From: an uncultured delta proteobacterium
Lineage (GTDB): Bacteria > Myxococcota_A > Polyangia > Polyangiales > Polyangiaceae
Assembly (NCBI GenBank): GCA_963806225.1
Contig: CAWDXG010000004.1
Span: forward strand, 4,608,001 to 4,672,000
Reading direction: 5' to 3'
DNA: 64,000 nucleotides
The notes under the pieces were generated by a model. The model saw only the letters and a list, made by a program, of their open reading frames with translations. It was not told the origin of the DNA and did not search any database. How positions within the stretch are numbered: position 1 is the stretch's first letter; each line of letters starts with the position of its first letter. The translations under genes were made by a program, and so were the position numbers. Below are positions 10,950 to 21,969 of this stretch, piece after piece.

Positions 10950-12056
10950 CTACTGCGGCACGATGACCTTCGCCGCAGTGGTCACGCCCGCGCCGGACCA
11001 CAGGTTGGCCGCGTCGAAGCTGACCAGGCACGCCCCGCCGTCGGTGTTGTCGATGTCCACGATCGCCCCGTCGTGCGAGAAGCCGTAGACCTTCGAGCCC
11101 AGCGCCGCGATGCCGTACATCTTCCCGTAGCTGGTGCCGCTGGTGTCGTTGCAGCCGGCGCGCTTGACGATCTGTCCGCGCACCGACTGCAGCACGGAGC
11201 CCGTGCTGGTGTGCCCGAGCTTGGGCACGTTGATCTCGATGAGCGTGTCGGCCGCGTCGCAGTTGGAGGAATACGGCGGGGTCGGGCAGTCGCGGACAGT
11301 CGCAAAGCCTACCGGGCTGCCGCCGTTCTCGAGGAACACGATATCGCCCGAGAGCTCCCAGGGCTGGCCGACGTTCTTGCTGTCGTAGCTGTGGCCGTGT
11401 CCGTCGTTTGCCGGCACGTTGCCGAAGGTGCCGTGCTGGCTCAGATTGCCGGCCTGGTCGATCTCCCACAGCTCGCCGGCCGAGTTGCCGGCGACCAGAA
11501 CTTCCCTGTTCGGGTCGAGCACGCCCTTCGGAGCGAACGTCAACGCGTAGAACTTCACACCGTTGGGGTTGTTGAGCGGCGTCGTGCTCACGCAGTGCAC
11601 GCTGGAACCCTGGATGGACAGCTCGTAGAACGCCGTCTGGCTCACGCCCCACAGGTTGCCTTTCCGGTCCACGGCCAGGTCGGTCATCGAAGTGTCCTGG
11701 TTCGTGCCGCCGATGCAGTCGAAGTCGCCGACGGGCGTCGCTGCGAGCGTGGGGGACGTGGGGTCCACCTTGAACAGCTTGGTGTTCGTGTGTGCATAGA
11801 GCAGCGTGGGGCCGCTCGTGCCGCCGCCTCCGCCGTCGAGCCCGCCGACTCCGATGCCGCCGCTGCCCCCGGTGCCGGCCGTCCCGCTGCCGCCGGCGCC
11901 GCCCGCGTCGGTCCCGCTGCCGCCGCCGCCGCCGCCGCCCATGCCGGAGTTGGCGGGGGCCGAACTGGCGGCGCAGGCGATGAGGGAGACGCAAGCCGCG
12001 CAAGCAAGCAGAGCGCGACCGGAGCTGGATGAAGCCACGAGAAGCCGATAGGTCAT
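10950..12056 (-). CDS. Hypothetical lipoprotein, Gly-rich linker plus beta-propeller-like domain
   Basis: Lipobox-like SLIAC, GGSG linker, and repeats such as 'MTDLAVDRKGNLWG' and 'SGDIVF'. Confidence 0.7.
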   Translation of the reverse strand: MTYRLLVASSSSGRALLACAACVSLIACAASSAPANSGMGGGGGGGSGTDAGGAGGSGTAGTGGSGGIGVGGLDGGGGGTSGPTLLYAHTNTKLFKVDPTSPTLAATPVGDFDCIGGTNQDTSMTDLAVDRKGNLWGVSQTAFYELSIQGSSVHCVSTTPLNNPNGVKFYALTFAPKGVLDPNREVLVAGNSAGELWEIDQAGNLSQHGTFGNVPANDGHGHSYDSKNVGQPWELSGDIVFLENGGSPVGFATVRDCPTPPYSSNCDAADTLIEINVPKLGHTSTGSVLQSVRGQIVKRAGCNDTSGTSYGKMYGIAALGSKVYGFSHDGAIVDIDNTDGGACLVSFDAANLWSGAGVTTAAKVIVPQ

Positions 12057-12210
12057 GAGCCTGTCCTTCACGTCATGCGGGGAGCCGCTCGACGTTCTGC
12101 GCCTGGCCGGCGCCCTAAGCAAACACGTTCTAGTCTATGCCGCGTTCGGCCCCTTCGCGCAGCTCGATACCGCGGCGCCCCGCCGGTGTCACGCGGCGCT
12201 GCACGCTTGA

Positions 12211-13257
12211 TCAGCGCAGGTCCGCGGTGCCTGTCGAGCGCACTTCGACTTCGAAATGGCCGCCTGCCACCTGGGCGGGGAGCGAGGCGAGCACCCTACC
12301 CGGAGCTGTATGGCGAACCGCGACGCGCACGGACTCGTCGTGGACCCGCGCTGGAAGGCGCCCCGCGTCGAGCGGCCCTCGCCATAGAGGGACCCCGTGG
12401 GCGTCGTAGCGGTGCGCAAACAGGTGATCGCCCGAGGTGGGATTCGGCGAAAGCGCGAGATAGCCGAGGTGGAAGAGCATTACCGAGTCCGGGGTATCCG
12501 CCACGATCGAGACCGGCGCCGCGGCACGCCAGCGGGTTGCGATCGTCCTGCCGCGCGCTCCGAAGTCGCGATCGCCGTTTTCCCCCAGCAGCTGGACCAG
12601 GAGCGAGCTCTGCCTCGCCGCCACCACCACCCAGCCGCGGTGCGGCCAGAAGAAGACGCTCAGGGCCTCGCAGCTGTCGGTTTCCATTACCTGGGCGTCC
12701 ATGAGTAGCCCGCCCTCGACGTCCCACATGCGGGTCGCCACGGTCGCGCTCGGTTCGTTGAACCAGAACAGGGCTACGTCGCCGCGCGGGCCCCGCGAGA
12801 GCGTCACCGCATGGGTCCCCGGGACGATCCCCGCCAGCGGGCGCTTCCTTGTCCAGAGCACCTTGTGATGCGGGCCGAGTGCCAAAAGGAGAGGGCCCGA
12901 TGCCGCGGTCTTGCCATCGAGAAGCAGCGCGACCGCGCCGTGCTCCAGCGAGACGCTCTGGTAGGAAAGCTCCGCCGGCAGCTTGCCGCCGAAGTGTGCG
13001 GACACGAGACCCCTGGCCTGTGCCACGCGCGGATCCGAAGCGGGCTCGAGCCGTCCGCGCTTTGCTTCGGCTCCCCATCTATCCGCGGATCCACCGCCTT
13101 GCTCCGGCTCCGGCGCCGGCGCGCGCGCCGCCGCCGAGGCCGAGGCCGGCGCGGACGCAGAGTCATGCTTGCTGCAGCCGGCATTCCACACGCAGGCCAC
13201 CAGGAACAGGGTCCAGCTGGCGAGGCCACAGGCGCCGCGTGAAATGATCACGGTCAC
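12211..13257 (-). CDS. Hypothetical lipoprotein
   Basis: 348-aa ORF with lipobox-like WNAGC, an Ala/Pro linker and coding-like composition. Confidence 0.6.
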   Translation of the reverse strand: MTVIISRGACGLASWTLFLVACVWNAGCSKHDSASAPASASAAARAPAPEPEQGGGSADRWGAEAKRGRLEPASDPRVAQARGLVSAHFGGKLPAELSYQSVSLEHGAVALLLDGKTAASGPLLLALGPHHKVLWTRKRPLAGIVPGTHAVTLSRGPRGDVALFWFNEPSATVATRMWDVEGGLLMDAQVMETDSCEALSVFFWPHRGWVVVAARQSSLLVQLLGENGDRDFGARGRTIATRWRAAAPVSIVADTPDSVMLFHLGYLALSPNPTSGDHLFAHRYDAHGVPLWRGPLDAGRLPARVHDESVRVAVRHTAPGRVLASLPAQVAGGHFEVEVRSTGTADLR

Positions 13258-13636
13258 AAGCGTAGCGGCTGGGCTCTGCCGCGACGAGGCGTCTCGATGC
13301 TCGCAACGGCTCGTGGCGCACTTGCACTAGACGGACGCTCACCCTCTTTCCGCCGACCGGGAGCCCGATCCATGACAGGGCGCAGGTGCCGCGGATTTTT
13401 CGATGAATTCCGGGTGCTAGCGGCTGCCATCGTGCGCAATGATCTGCTACCAGAGATCACTAGCAGGATGACGAGGACGCGGAGCTCCCGGCGCTGGCCC
13501 TGTAGCTTGTCGCTCCCCGCCAGCCGCCCCCTGACGCGAGACATCGCGTCGCGCTTCCCGTCGTTTCCCGGGTAGCGCTGCGTCCCCGGCCGGGGGCGAC
13601 AAATCCGGAACGTTTCCAGACGCAAATCAGCGAGGA

Positions 13637-14920
13637 GTGAGCATGGACAACGCGAAACTCGTTTATGCAGGGAAGGACTACGAGCTTCCGATCGTCACCG
13701 GATCCGAGGGCGAGAAGGGCGTCGACATCAAGAACCTGCGCAAGGACACCGGGCTCATCATGCTCGATCCCGGCTACGGGAACACAGGGTCCTGCCAGAG
13801 CGCCATCACCTTCATCAACGGCGAGAAGGGGATCCTGCGCTACCGCGGCTACCCGATCGAGGAGATCGCCCAGTACGCTCGCTTCACCGAGGTCTGCTAC
13901 CTCCTGATCTACGGCGAGCGTCCCGACGCGGAGCAGCTTTCGAAGTTCCGCGAGGAGATGACGCTGCACACGCTCATCCACGAGGACATGAAGAAGTTCT
14001 ACGAGGGCTACCCGCCGCACGCCCATCCCATGGCGATCATGGCGGCGATGTTTGCCTCGCTTTCGACCTTCTATCCCGAAGAGGACAACCACCTCGACCT
14101 CAACATCATCCGCGTGCTGGCCAAGTCGAAGACACTGGCGGCCTTCGCGTACAAGAAGTCGGTCGGGCAGGCCTTCATCTATCCGCGCAACGACCTGTCC
14201 TGGCCGGCGAACTTCCTCAGGATGATGTTCGCCGTCCCGGCCGAGGACTACGAGGTTCCCAAGGTCTTCGAGGACGCGCTCAATCTGCTCCTGATCCTGC
14301 ACGCCGATCACGAGCAGAACTGCAGCACCTCGACCATGCGCATGGTCGGCAGCAGCGAGGCGAACCTGTTCGCTTCCATCTCCGCCGCCATCTGCGGGTT
14401 GTGGGGTCCGCGCCACGGCGGCGCGAACCAGGCCGTGATCGAGATGCTGGAGCGGATCCAGGCCGAGGGCGGCGACTACAAGAAGTTCCTCGAGCGCGTG
14501 AAGACGGGCGACCCCAATGCCCGGCTGATGGGCTTCGGACACCGCGTCTACAAGAACTTCGACCCGCGGGCGAGGCTGCTCAAGAAGGCCGCTGACGGCA
14601 TCTTCAACGAGCTCGGTATCCACGATCCCGCTCTCGACCTTGCGAAGAAGATCGAGGAGACGGCGCTCAGCGAGGACTACTTCGTCGAGCGCAAGCTGTA
14701 CCCGAACGTCGACTTCTACAGCGGCCTCATCTACCGGGCGATGGGCGTCCCGACCGAGATGTTCACGGTCATGTTCACGCTCGGCCGGTTGCCGGGCTGG
14801 ATCGCGCACTGGATGGAGCAGCGCAACGACCCGAAGGGCTACCGCATCCATCGTCCGCGGCAGATCTACGTCGGCGAGCGCGAGCGCAAGTTCGAGGACC
14901 GCGGGACCAAGAACCTCTAG
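13637..14920 (+). CDS. gltA: Citrate synthase
   Basis: 'ILHADHEQNCST', 'GPRHGGAN', 'MGFGHRVYKNFDPRA', 'YPNVDFYSG'; RBS GAGGAG. Confidence 0.97.
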   Translation: MSMDNAKLVYAGKDYELPIVTGSEGEKGVDIKNLRKDTGLIMLDPGYGNTGSCQSAITFINGEKGILRYRGYPIEEIAQYARFTEVCYLLIYGERPDAEQLSKFREEMTLHTLIHEDMKKFYEGYPPHAHPMAIMAAMFASLSTFYPEEDNHLDLNIIRVLAKSKTLAAFAYKKSVGQAFIYPRNDLSWPANFLRMMFAVPAEDYEVPKVFEDALNLLLILHADHEQNCSTSTMRMVGSSEANLFASISAAICGLWGPRHGGANQAVIEMLERIQAEGGDYKKFLERVKTGDPNARLMGFGHRVYKNFDPRARLLKKAADGIFNELGIHDPALDLAKKIEETALSEDYFVERKLYPNVDFYSGLIYRAMGVPTEMFTVMFTLGRLPGWIAHWMEQRNDPKGYRIHRPRQIYVGERERKFEDRGTKNL

Positions 14921-15116
14921 CCGCGCACCCTGGGCGCCCGGCCGGCGCGCTATTTCGCCGGCCGGAGCGCGACCTAGCCAGCCGGAGCGCGGTGCGCGCC
15001 CACCCGTGGCCGCAATTGCCGTCCAAATGCGGCTCCGGGATGCTGCGGTGCATCGCGCCCTTGAACGGATCACGGAACTGGGGAAACTACCCCTCTACCT
15101 GTCCCAGGAGCTCCGT

Positions 15117-16077
15117 GTGAAGACGAGGAAGACTTGGATTGTCGGCGGCGCCGTGGCCGCAGTGCTCGCCGTCGGCTTCCTCGGCTATCTGCGGAGCGCC
15201 TACGGGCCCAGCGTCGGTCCCGACGGTTCGGCGTCCGCGTCGCCCTCGGCGCTGGCCGCGCCGCTGGGCAGCGGGCTGCTCGGCCGGAAGTGCAGTGGCT
15301 TCTCCGGCGCAGATCATGTCGCAGCCGTCGCTGGACAAGGCGATCGCGACGGCCAAGCCCGAGATGGACGATACGCTCGACAAGCTCGACGAAGGCTCCG
15401 CGCTGCTCACGCTCTGGGCGTCGAAGTACCTCGGTTGGGACGACCTCACGGCTCTGCCCGAGACCTCGCCGGCGCTGTTCCGCAAGGACCCGGCAGCCGA
15501 GCGCGGGCGGCGCATGTGCGCGACCGGCACCATCACGGAGATCCGCGCGGAGACGACCCTGGCGCGCCGTCTGCTGAGCGACCACGCGGCGCCGCTGCCC
15601 GACGTCACGGCGACCCCGCCTGGCGGCGCAGTGCAGATCGGGGGTGATCTCTCCCTCGGCGGTACCGACGCGGGCGCCCTGGGAGACGCCGGGCCGCTTC
15701 TCAACGGCGCGCTCGGAACGAGCGCGCCGGACCCGTGGGTCGTTCCCGGGGGCAAGGTGTTCTTCACCGTGCTGACGGTCGCGGGTCACGACGAGAAGGG
15801 CAATCCTTCCGACGCCGGGCCGCCGTTCACGATCTCGGCCATCGCCGTGCGCAACACCGACAAGCTGGTCGAGGGCAGCACGGGCCGGGTTTGCGGCATC
15901 CTCACCGGCGTGAACGAGATCAGCCGCAAGGACGGCACGAACGTGCTCTCGCACCGGATTGTCGGCATGTTCGATCTGCCGGAAAACCACCAGTCGCCGC
16001 CCGCGCCCACCTCCGCGGCAGCGTCCAGCGTGGCCAAGCCCGCCCCCGCAGCGAAGGGCAAGCCCAAGGAAGGCTAG
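15117..16077 (+). CDS. Hypothetical membrane-anchored protein; apparent frameshift near 15285
   Basis: GTG start after AGGAG gives an N-terminal TM segment (KTWIVGGAVAAVLAVGFLGY). The body continues in ORF 15139..16077. Confidence 0.6.
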
Positions 16078-16987
16078 GGCGCCGGGTGTTGCGCCGACCC
16101 GGGGTCGTGCTTCTGCGTCTTCATCAGCTGGAAGTACGCGATGAGGTCGTCCAGATCCGTCCGCGATAGTCCCGGATGCGGCGGCATGCGCGTGTAGCGG
16201 AAGGCGAGCGGGTTTTCGATGTACGCGCGGATCTGCGCGATGGGGCGGTACTCCACGATGCTCCGGGGCACGTTGAGATCGGGGCCGACGTGACCGCCTT
16301 CGCCGTTGATGGAGTGACAGCGGATGCAGTCGGTGCGGAACAGCGACCAGCCGCGTCTAGCCGGTGAGCCCGCCGGCTCGCCGTTGGGAACGGCGTGGGG
16401 GAACACCGACTCCGGTCGCACGCAATCCCGATGGAGGCGAGCTGCCACGGCCTGGGGTACAGGTTTCCGTCGGTCTGGTCCCGGCCGCTCCAGACGATCA
16501 TCAGCGGGCCCGGGTCGGCGTGCTCCGGTCCGACGCGTTGCCAGCCCGGCTGGTCGAGATCCCCGATGGCCAGGAGCCCACCCGGTTCCAGCAGCCGCCG
16601 GCCGCTGACAGGGACCGTGTAGCCGTCGCGCGCGCGGAGCACGAGCTCCTGGTCGGCGAGCGCCTTCGTGTCGAGGCCGAAGCCCTTGGTTAGAACGGCG
16701 CCGAGCGGCAACGCGAGATAGTGCTTGGTGGCAGCGTAGTCGGGCTCGTAGAGCGTGACGCGCTTCGGCCGCATCGATCGTTCCAGCGCCGCCACCGACA
16801 GCTCGCGGACGAGCTTGCCGTCTTTCAGGAAGCGGAGCCTGGCCGTCGTGCGCGGCGCCGTACTCGTGGATGCGGACGGAGCGGCTGCGCTGTTCGACGC
16901 AGCCGCGCCCGGGTCGCAGTCGTGCCTGCCGTGCGAGCAGGCCGCCAACAGGGCGAACGCCAACGTTGCCGCGGTAGGCCGGCGCAT
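16074..16987 (-). CDS. Lipoprotein: molybdopterin-oxidoreductase-like domain fused to monoheme cytochrome c; apparent frameshift near 16420
   Basis: Lipobox LLAAC and N-domain 'ARDGYTV...GPLMIVW...YPRPWQLASI'. The C-domain in the other frame has CIRCH, 'GGHVGPDL' and the distal Met 'RMP'. Confidence 0.8.
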
Positions 16988-17060
16988 GTCGCGCATCTTG
17001 GCACGCCGGCCCGGACTTTTCCGGCAGCCAGCCCGCGAATCGGCGTACACTGCGACGTCG

Positions 17061-18159
17061 ATGCGACGCGCGCTGGCGTGGTGCCTGCTTCTGGCAGCGA
17101 GCTGCAGCTCGGAGAGCGGCGGCGCGCCGCCCACGGCGACCAAGCAGGCCCCCGTCGCCTCGACCCGCAGCGTCGCGCTGCTGACCACCACGCCGGGCTC
17201 CCGCGAGACCGACCTCGTCCTGCAGCCGGTGGGGGCCCCCGCGCCCGCGTCTCCGGCGGCCAGCTTCACGCATCCGCCCTACGCCGTCGTGCACGGCGCA
17301 GTGCTGCCGCGGACGCGCTCGGTGGTCGTTGTGGCCGACATGGAACAGCGGCGCGATGCTTCGTGGGGCGCGTGGCTGTTCCGGCTGGAGCCCGGCAGCG
17401 CGCCGCACAAGCTCGTCGACCGCGTCTACCACGCCACGCGCCCGCTGGTGCTCGACGACGGGCGCGTGTTCGTCCAGCGCGGGCGCGCCGGTCCGGCGCC
17501 CACGCCGGAGCAGGCGAAGGCCGGCGAGCTGCGGAGCGACGATCTCGAGATCGACGAGGTCGATCCGGCAACGGGCAGCGCACGCCAGGTCTACTCGTGG
17601 CAGGGCTACATCACGTACCTGGCCGGCGCGCTCGACAACGAGCTTCTGGTCTACCGCGTCGGCTTCCACCACGCGGATCTGGTTGCGATCGACGCGACGA
17701 ACGGCGCGCTGCGCGTCCTGGCGCCGGACATCCCGGCCTTCGCGCGTGATTTCTCGGTCGACGCACAGGCGCGGACGCTGCTCTACACGAATCATGAGCC
17801 CGCGGGCTGGGTCGTCGAGCGGCTCGATATCGCCAGCGGCGCGCGCACGCGCCTCGCCGTGTCGCCGCGCATGGCGCTCGTTCCCCACGTCTGGCCCGGC
17901 GCGGGCGTCGTGCTCAACCCGGCGGGTGCGCCGGGGCTCACCCGGGTGATGCGGTGGCGGCGCGGCCGTCGCGCGGCCGTTCGGCGCAGGCATCGACCAG
18001 GTGCGGACCTTCAGCGCCGACCAGAAGTGGGCGCTGGTCTCGCACGAGCTGCCGGGCAGGGTTCCCCAGCCGTTCGCGCTCGACACGGCGACCGGCCAGG
18101 TCGAAAGCATCGCCGTCGCGCCGGGTCAGCGCGCCGACATCGCGGGGTTCGTGCAGTGA
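17061..18159 (+). CDS. Hypothetical beta-propeller-like lipoprotein; apparent frameshift near 17945
   Basis: Lipobox LLAASC. The C-terminus in the shifted frame ends ...QRADIAGFVQ* at TGA 18157-18159, which overlaps the next GTG. Confidence 0.6.
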
Positions 18160-19358
18160 GGCGCTCGCTCTCGCTCGGTGTCGCGGCGGCGCTCCTCGCC
18201 GTCTCCGGCGTGGCCTCGGCGTACTGTCCCTCCTACACAGCGTCCAGCTCGTACAACTCACACAACTGCGGCGTGGAAGCGGTGAACGGGACGAACCCGA
18301 CGCCCGACCAGTGGCAGCCCATCTTCGCGCTGGTCGCGCAGGGGCCGAGCGTCTGGGGCAGCAAGGGGCCTTCGGTGAGCGACATCGGACAGGGCTGCGG
18401 CAAGCCCGAACCGCTGCACAGCGTCGCCGCGCGTTTTCCCTGCGAGGTGCTCAAGGCGATTGCGATGCAGGAATCGGGGTGGAAGCAGTTCTGCGTTCCC
18501 AGCACGCCAGCGGATCAGGTTGGCGGCGCGTCCCGCACCATTATCAGCTTCGACTGCGGCTACGGCATCGGGCAGGTGACCAGCGGCATGCACACCGGCG
18601 AGTCGCCCTCGTTCGATCGTTCCCGCGTGGCCAGCGACCCCACCTACAACCTGGCCACCGGTACACAGATCCTCGCCAGCAAGTGGAAAGCCACGAACTG
18701 CGTCGGTGACAACCAGCCCAGCATCGTGGAGGACTGGTACACCGCCGTGTGGGCGTACAACGGTCTCGCCTACGTCAACAACCCTTCGAACCCGACCTAC
18801 AGCTCCAGTCGCGGCGTGTGGAATCCGAAGTGCCGGTGGCGGCGCGCCGTACCAGGAACGGTGTTCGGCTGGGTGGAGCATCCGCCGGGCAATCCTGCCT
18901 ACTGGAAGAGCGTGGCACTGGCCTATCCGAACCCGGCCAACGTGGGCGGCAGCGGTTCGCCCCCGGCGCTTCCCGAGCCGAGCTGCGCCTCGCCGACGGA
19001 CTGCTCCAACAAGCGACAGGTGCACACCTCGTACTGCTTCTCGACCAACCCGGGCGACGCGGGGACCGCCGGCAGCGGCGGCAGCGGCACGGGCGGCTCG
19101 AGCGCCGGCGGTTCCGGCGGTCTTGGCACCGGCGGCTCTGCTGCCGGTGGCTCCGGCGGCGGCAACCCGTTGCCGGACGCGGCACCCGGCTACGACGCGG
19201 GCGCCGACGGCAGTCCCGCCAGCCAGCACTCGCGCGTGGTCGGCAGCAATTCGGGCTGCGCCTGCCGGCTCGGCAGCAGCGATCCGGCGTCCGGAGGGGC
19301 TCCGCTGTCGCTGATGATGATCGGGCTCCTGGCGTTCCGGCGCCGTCGCAGCGGCTGA
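18156..19358 (+). CDS. SLT-domain lytic transglycosylase-like protein with MYXO-CTERM sorting tail
   Basis: Signal peptide; 'LKAIAMQES' (catalytic Glu), 'GYGIGQV', 'YNLATGTQIL', 'AVWAYNG'; Gly/Ser linker; 'GCACR...LLAFRRRR' tail. Confidence 0.8.
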   Translation: MRRSLSLGVAAALLAVSGVASAYCPSYTASSSYNSHNCGVEAVNGTNPTPDQWQPIFALVAQGPSVWGSKGPSVSDIGQGCGKPEPLHSVAARFPCEVLKAIAMQESGWKQFCVPSTPADQVGGASRTIISFDCGYGIGQVTSGMHTGESPSFDRSRVASDPTYNLATGTQILASKWKATNCVGDNQPSIVEDWYTAVWAYNGLAYVNNPSNPTYSSSRGVWNPKCRWRRAVPGTVFGWVEHPPGNPAYWKSVALAYPNPANVGGSGSPPALPEPSCASPTDCSNKRQVHTSYCFSTNPGDAGTAGSGGSGTGGSSAGGSGGLGTGGSAAGGSGGGNPLPDAAPGYDAGADGSPASQHSRVVGSNSGCACRLGSSDPASGGAPLSLMMIGLLAFRRRRSG

Positions 19359-19452
19359 GTGCGTCCCCGATACTTGGCCCGCCCGCTCCGGCTCACCGGA
19401 TAATTCCATCCGAGCCGCCGTGCGCGGCGAGCAGAGAGCCAAGGAGCCCATC

Positions 19453-20176
19453 ATGCAGCTATCCATCGCCGGTGCCCGGAGAGTACAGCCCCCTCCGCTG
19501 TGGTTCGTGACCAACGGGGAGATCACGGTCGGACCTGTACGCACCGGGCTGCTGCTCAGGGGCGTCGTCCACGGCCGCATTCCGGAGGAATGCCTGATCC
19601 GCGAGCTGCGCTGGAAGTCGTGGCGCGGCCTGGCGCAGATCCGCGAGGTCCGCGCGCTCCGGCAGCGTCAGGCGTGGGGCATCCTCTCCGCGGAAACGCC
19701 GGCGCCGCCCAACGCCGCGAACGCCGATCTGGTGCTGCGCCGTGCCGGCGATGCGCGGGAAGCGCTGTTGTTTTCCCTGAACGTGGCGGTGAAGCGCACC
19801 GGGGCCAGCGTGGGACTGTTGCACCGGGTGGATCGGACCCTGGTCCGAGCCGATCACCAGCTGCGCGCACGGTCCGGGCATGCACGGCCTGTTGAGCGCA
19901 TCGCTTCCCGACGCCGACTTGATGCTCGGCGCCGCGCGCGCTCGCCGCATCGTCATCGGGCGACCCGACGAGAGCGCCGTGCATCGGGCTTCGTCCGAGC
20001 GCCTCGACGGTGACGATCGCCCCCTCCGCGGCGTCTTGATGGCGCCGATCTGCGCTGGTCGGGAGCTGCTCGCGATGATCGAGCTCGGGCGCACCGACCA
20101 TCCCTTCCGTACCGCCGACGCCATGGCGCTCGAAGCGATCGTGGGCGCCGCTGCGCGCCGTCTCAGACCGAACTGA
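19453..20176 (+). CDS. GYF_2(DUF4339)-like plus GAF-like domain protein; apparent frameshift near 19850
   Basis: RBS AAGGAG. N-terminus 'WFVTNGEITVGPV...SWRGLAQI'; C-terminus 'GVLMAPICAGRELLAMIELGRTDHPFRTAD' is typical of GAF domains. Confidence 0.65.
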
Positions 20177-20178
20177 GA

Positions 20179-21763
20179 CTAGAAGCCGAGGTCGTCGTAC
20201 GGGTCCTTGAGTCCTGTAGTGCGCGGCTTCTTCTTTGCCGGAGCGGGCCGGGCGTGGGGCTGCGTCGCTTTCGGCTTCGCAGCCGTGCGCTGCTTGGCCG
20301 CGCGCGCGGCGCCGGCATCCGCCGACTGCGCAGTCGCCGCACCGGCTTCGGACAGAGCCACGCCATGTTGCCGAGCCGGTGCGGGCGCCGGCGCGCTCGC
20401 GGCCGGTGCGCTGGGCGCAGGGACAGGAAGCGGCTGCGCGGGGCGCGCTGCCGAGGCGGAGCTGCCCGAGTCGTCGCGCAGCGCGTGGCTTCCTATCACA
20501 CCGACGGCGGCAGCCGCGCCGAGAGCCAGGACCGCCGCGCCGATCAGCGCGGGGCGGCGGCGTTTCCGCGGAGCGGCGGGCCCCGCCGGCACCGCCACCA
20601 GATCGGATTGGCTCCCGTGCGCCGTGCTCCCGCCGCCTGCGGACGCCGGTCGCGGTCCGGTCCCGTCGCCGATCGACACCGCCCGGAGCGACGAGTGACT
20701 CTCCTTGTCGGGCGACCACCCGTGCCCTTCCAGCGTGCCGGCGTCGTGCGCAGGCCGCTCGCCGCTGCGCGCGTCGGCCAGCTTGAGCGCACGCTGGATC
20801 GCCGCGCGGCGGCGGTCGAGCCGCTCCGAGAAGAGCGTGCGCAGGAACGCCGCGATCTCCTCGTCGCTGCTGGTGCCGGCCGCGGGCAGAGCGCGGTCGA
20901 GCGCCTGGGCCATCTTGTCGGCCGTCGCAAAGCGATCCGCCGGATCCTTCGCGAGCGCCTTGAGCACGACCTGCTCGAGGCGGCGCGGGTAGTCGCCTTT
21001 CGAGATCGCGCGGACGCGCGGGGCGGCTGCCAATGATATGCCGAACGGTCTCGGTCGAGGTCCCCCCCTTGAAGGGATGCCGCCCGAGCGTGAGCAGATA
21101 GAGCAGGATACCGGTGGCGAAGATGTCCGCCCGTCGATCCACTTCGTCGCAGCGCAGCTGCTCCGGCGCCATGTAGGCGATCTTGCCCTTGATCTGGCCG
21201 GCGCCCGTCGTCTCGACCAGCCGACTTGTGGCCTTGGCTACGCCGAAGTCCACGAGCTTGGTCACGCCCTCGTACGACACCAGCACGTTGTGCGGCGATA
21301 CGTCACGGTGCACGAGACCGAGCGGCTTGCCGTTGTCGTCGCGGAGCTCGTGCGCTGCGTGCAGTCCGCGACATACCTGGCTGGTGATGCGCACGGCTGC
21401 CGCGAGCGGCATCCCCCCCTGCCGCGCGGCTGCGCGCAGGATCAGGTTGAGCGGCTCGCCGTCGACCCACTCCATCACGAGGTAGAGCAGACCGTCCTGC
21501 TCGCCCAGGTCCAGGATCTCCGCCACGTGCGGATGGCGGATGCGCGAAGCCAGCGCGGCTTCGTCGAGGAACATCTGCTCGAAGCGTGGGTCGTTGCTGA
21601 CCGTCGGCAGCAAGGTCTTGATGGAGACGATCTTCTGGAAGCCGCGCGTGCCCTTGAGCCGGGCCGCCCAGACCGAGCCCATGCCGCCCTCGGCGATCGG
21701 CAGCAGCAGCTCGTAGCGACCGAGCAGATGGCCCGCCTCGACGTCGCCGAGCGCAGCTACCAC
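20179..21763 (-). CDS. Membrane-anchored Hanks-type Ser/Thr protein kinase; apparent frameshift near 21030
   Basis: 'GGMGSVW', 'HRDVSPHN', 'DFGVAK', 'YMAPEQ', 'DIFATG'. The C-lobe end 'KALAKDPADRF', a TM segment and a Pro/Ala tail are in ORF 20179..21033. Confidence 0.92.
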
Positions 21764-21933
21764 CGCGCCACCTCGCTTCCCGCCGCAGCGCGGCGCGAGG
21801 CATGGCACCTCCGGCGCGCGCCGGAGCACCCTGGCGGGAGGACGAGGCTACCCACGACTCTACGATTGTGCGGGAAAATTCCCGCGCCGGCACCCACTGA
21901 TGTCATGCGCGGCGAACGGCGTCCCGGCGGCGC

Positions 21934-21963
21934 TTGACATCAGACGACATTGGTCGGACCATT
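21934..21963 (+). promoter_or_regulatory. sigma70-type promoter with overlapping FadR/PdhR-type operator
   Basis: TTGACA (21934-39), 17 bp spacer, GACCAT (21957-62). The palindrome ATTGGTCGGACCATT (21949-63) overlaps the -10 element. Confidence 0.75.
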
Positions 21964-21969
21964 CGCCCA

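Noticed and set aside
16755..19358. Single 867-aa protein
   Set aside because: It contains two signal peptides. A frameshift joins two genes (17061-18159 and 18156-19358).
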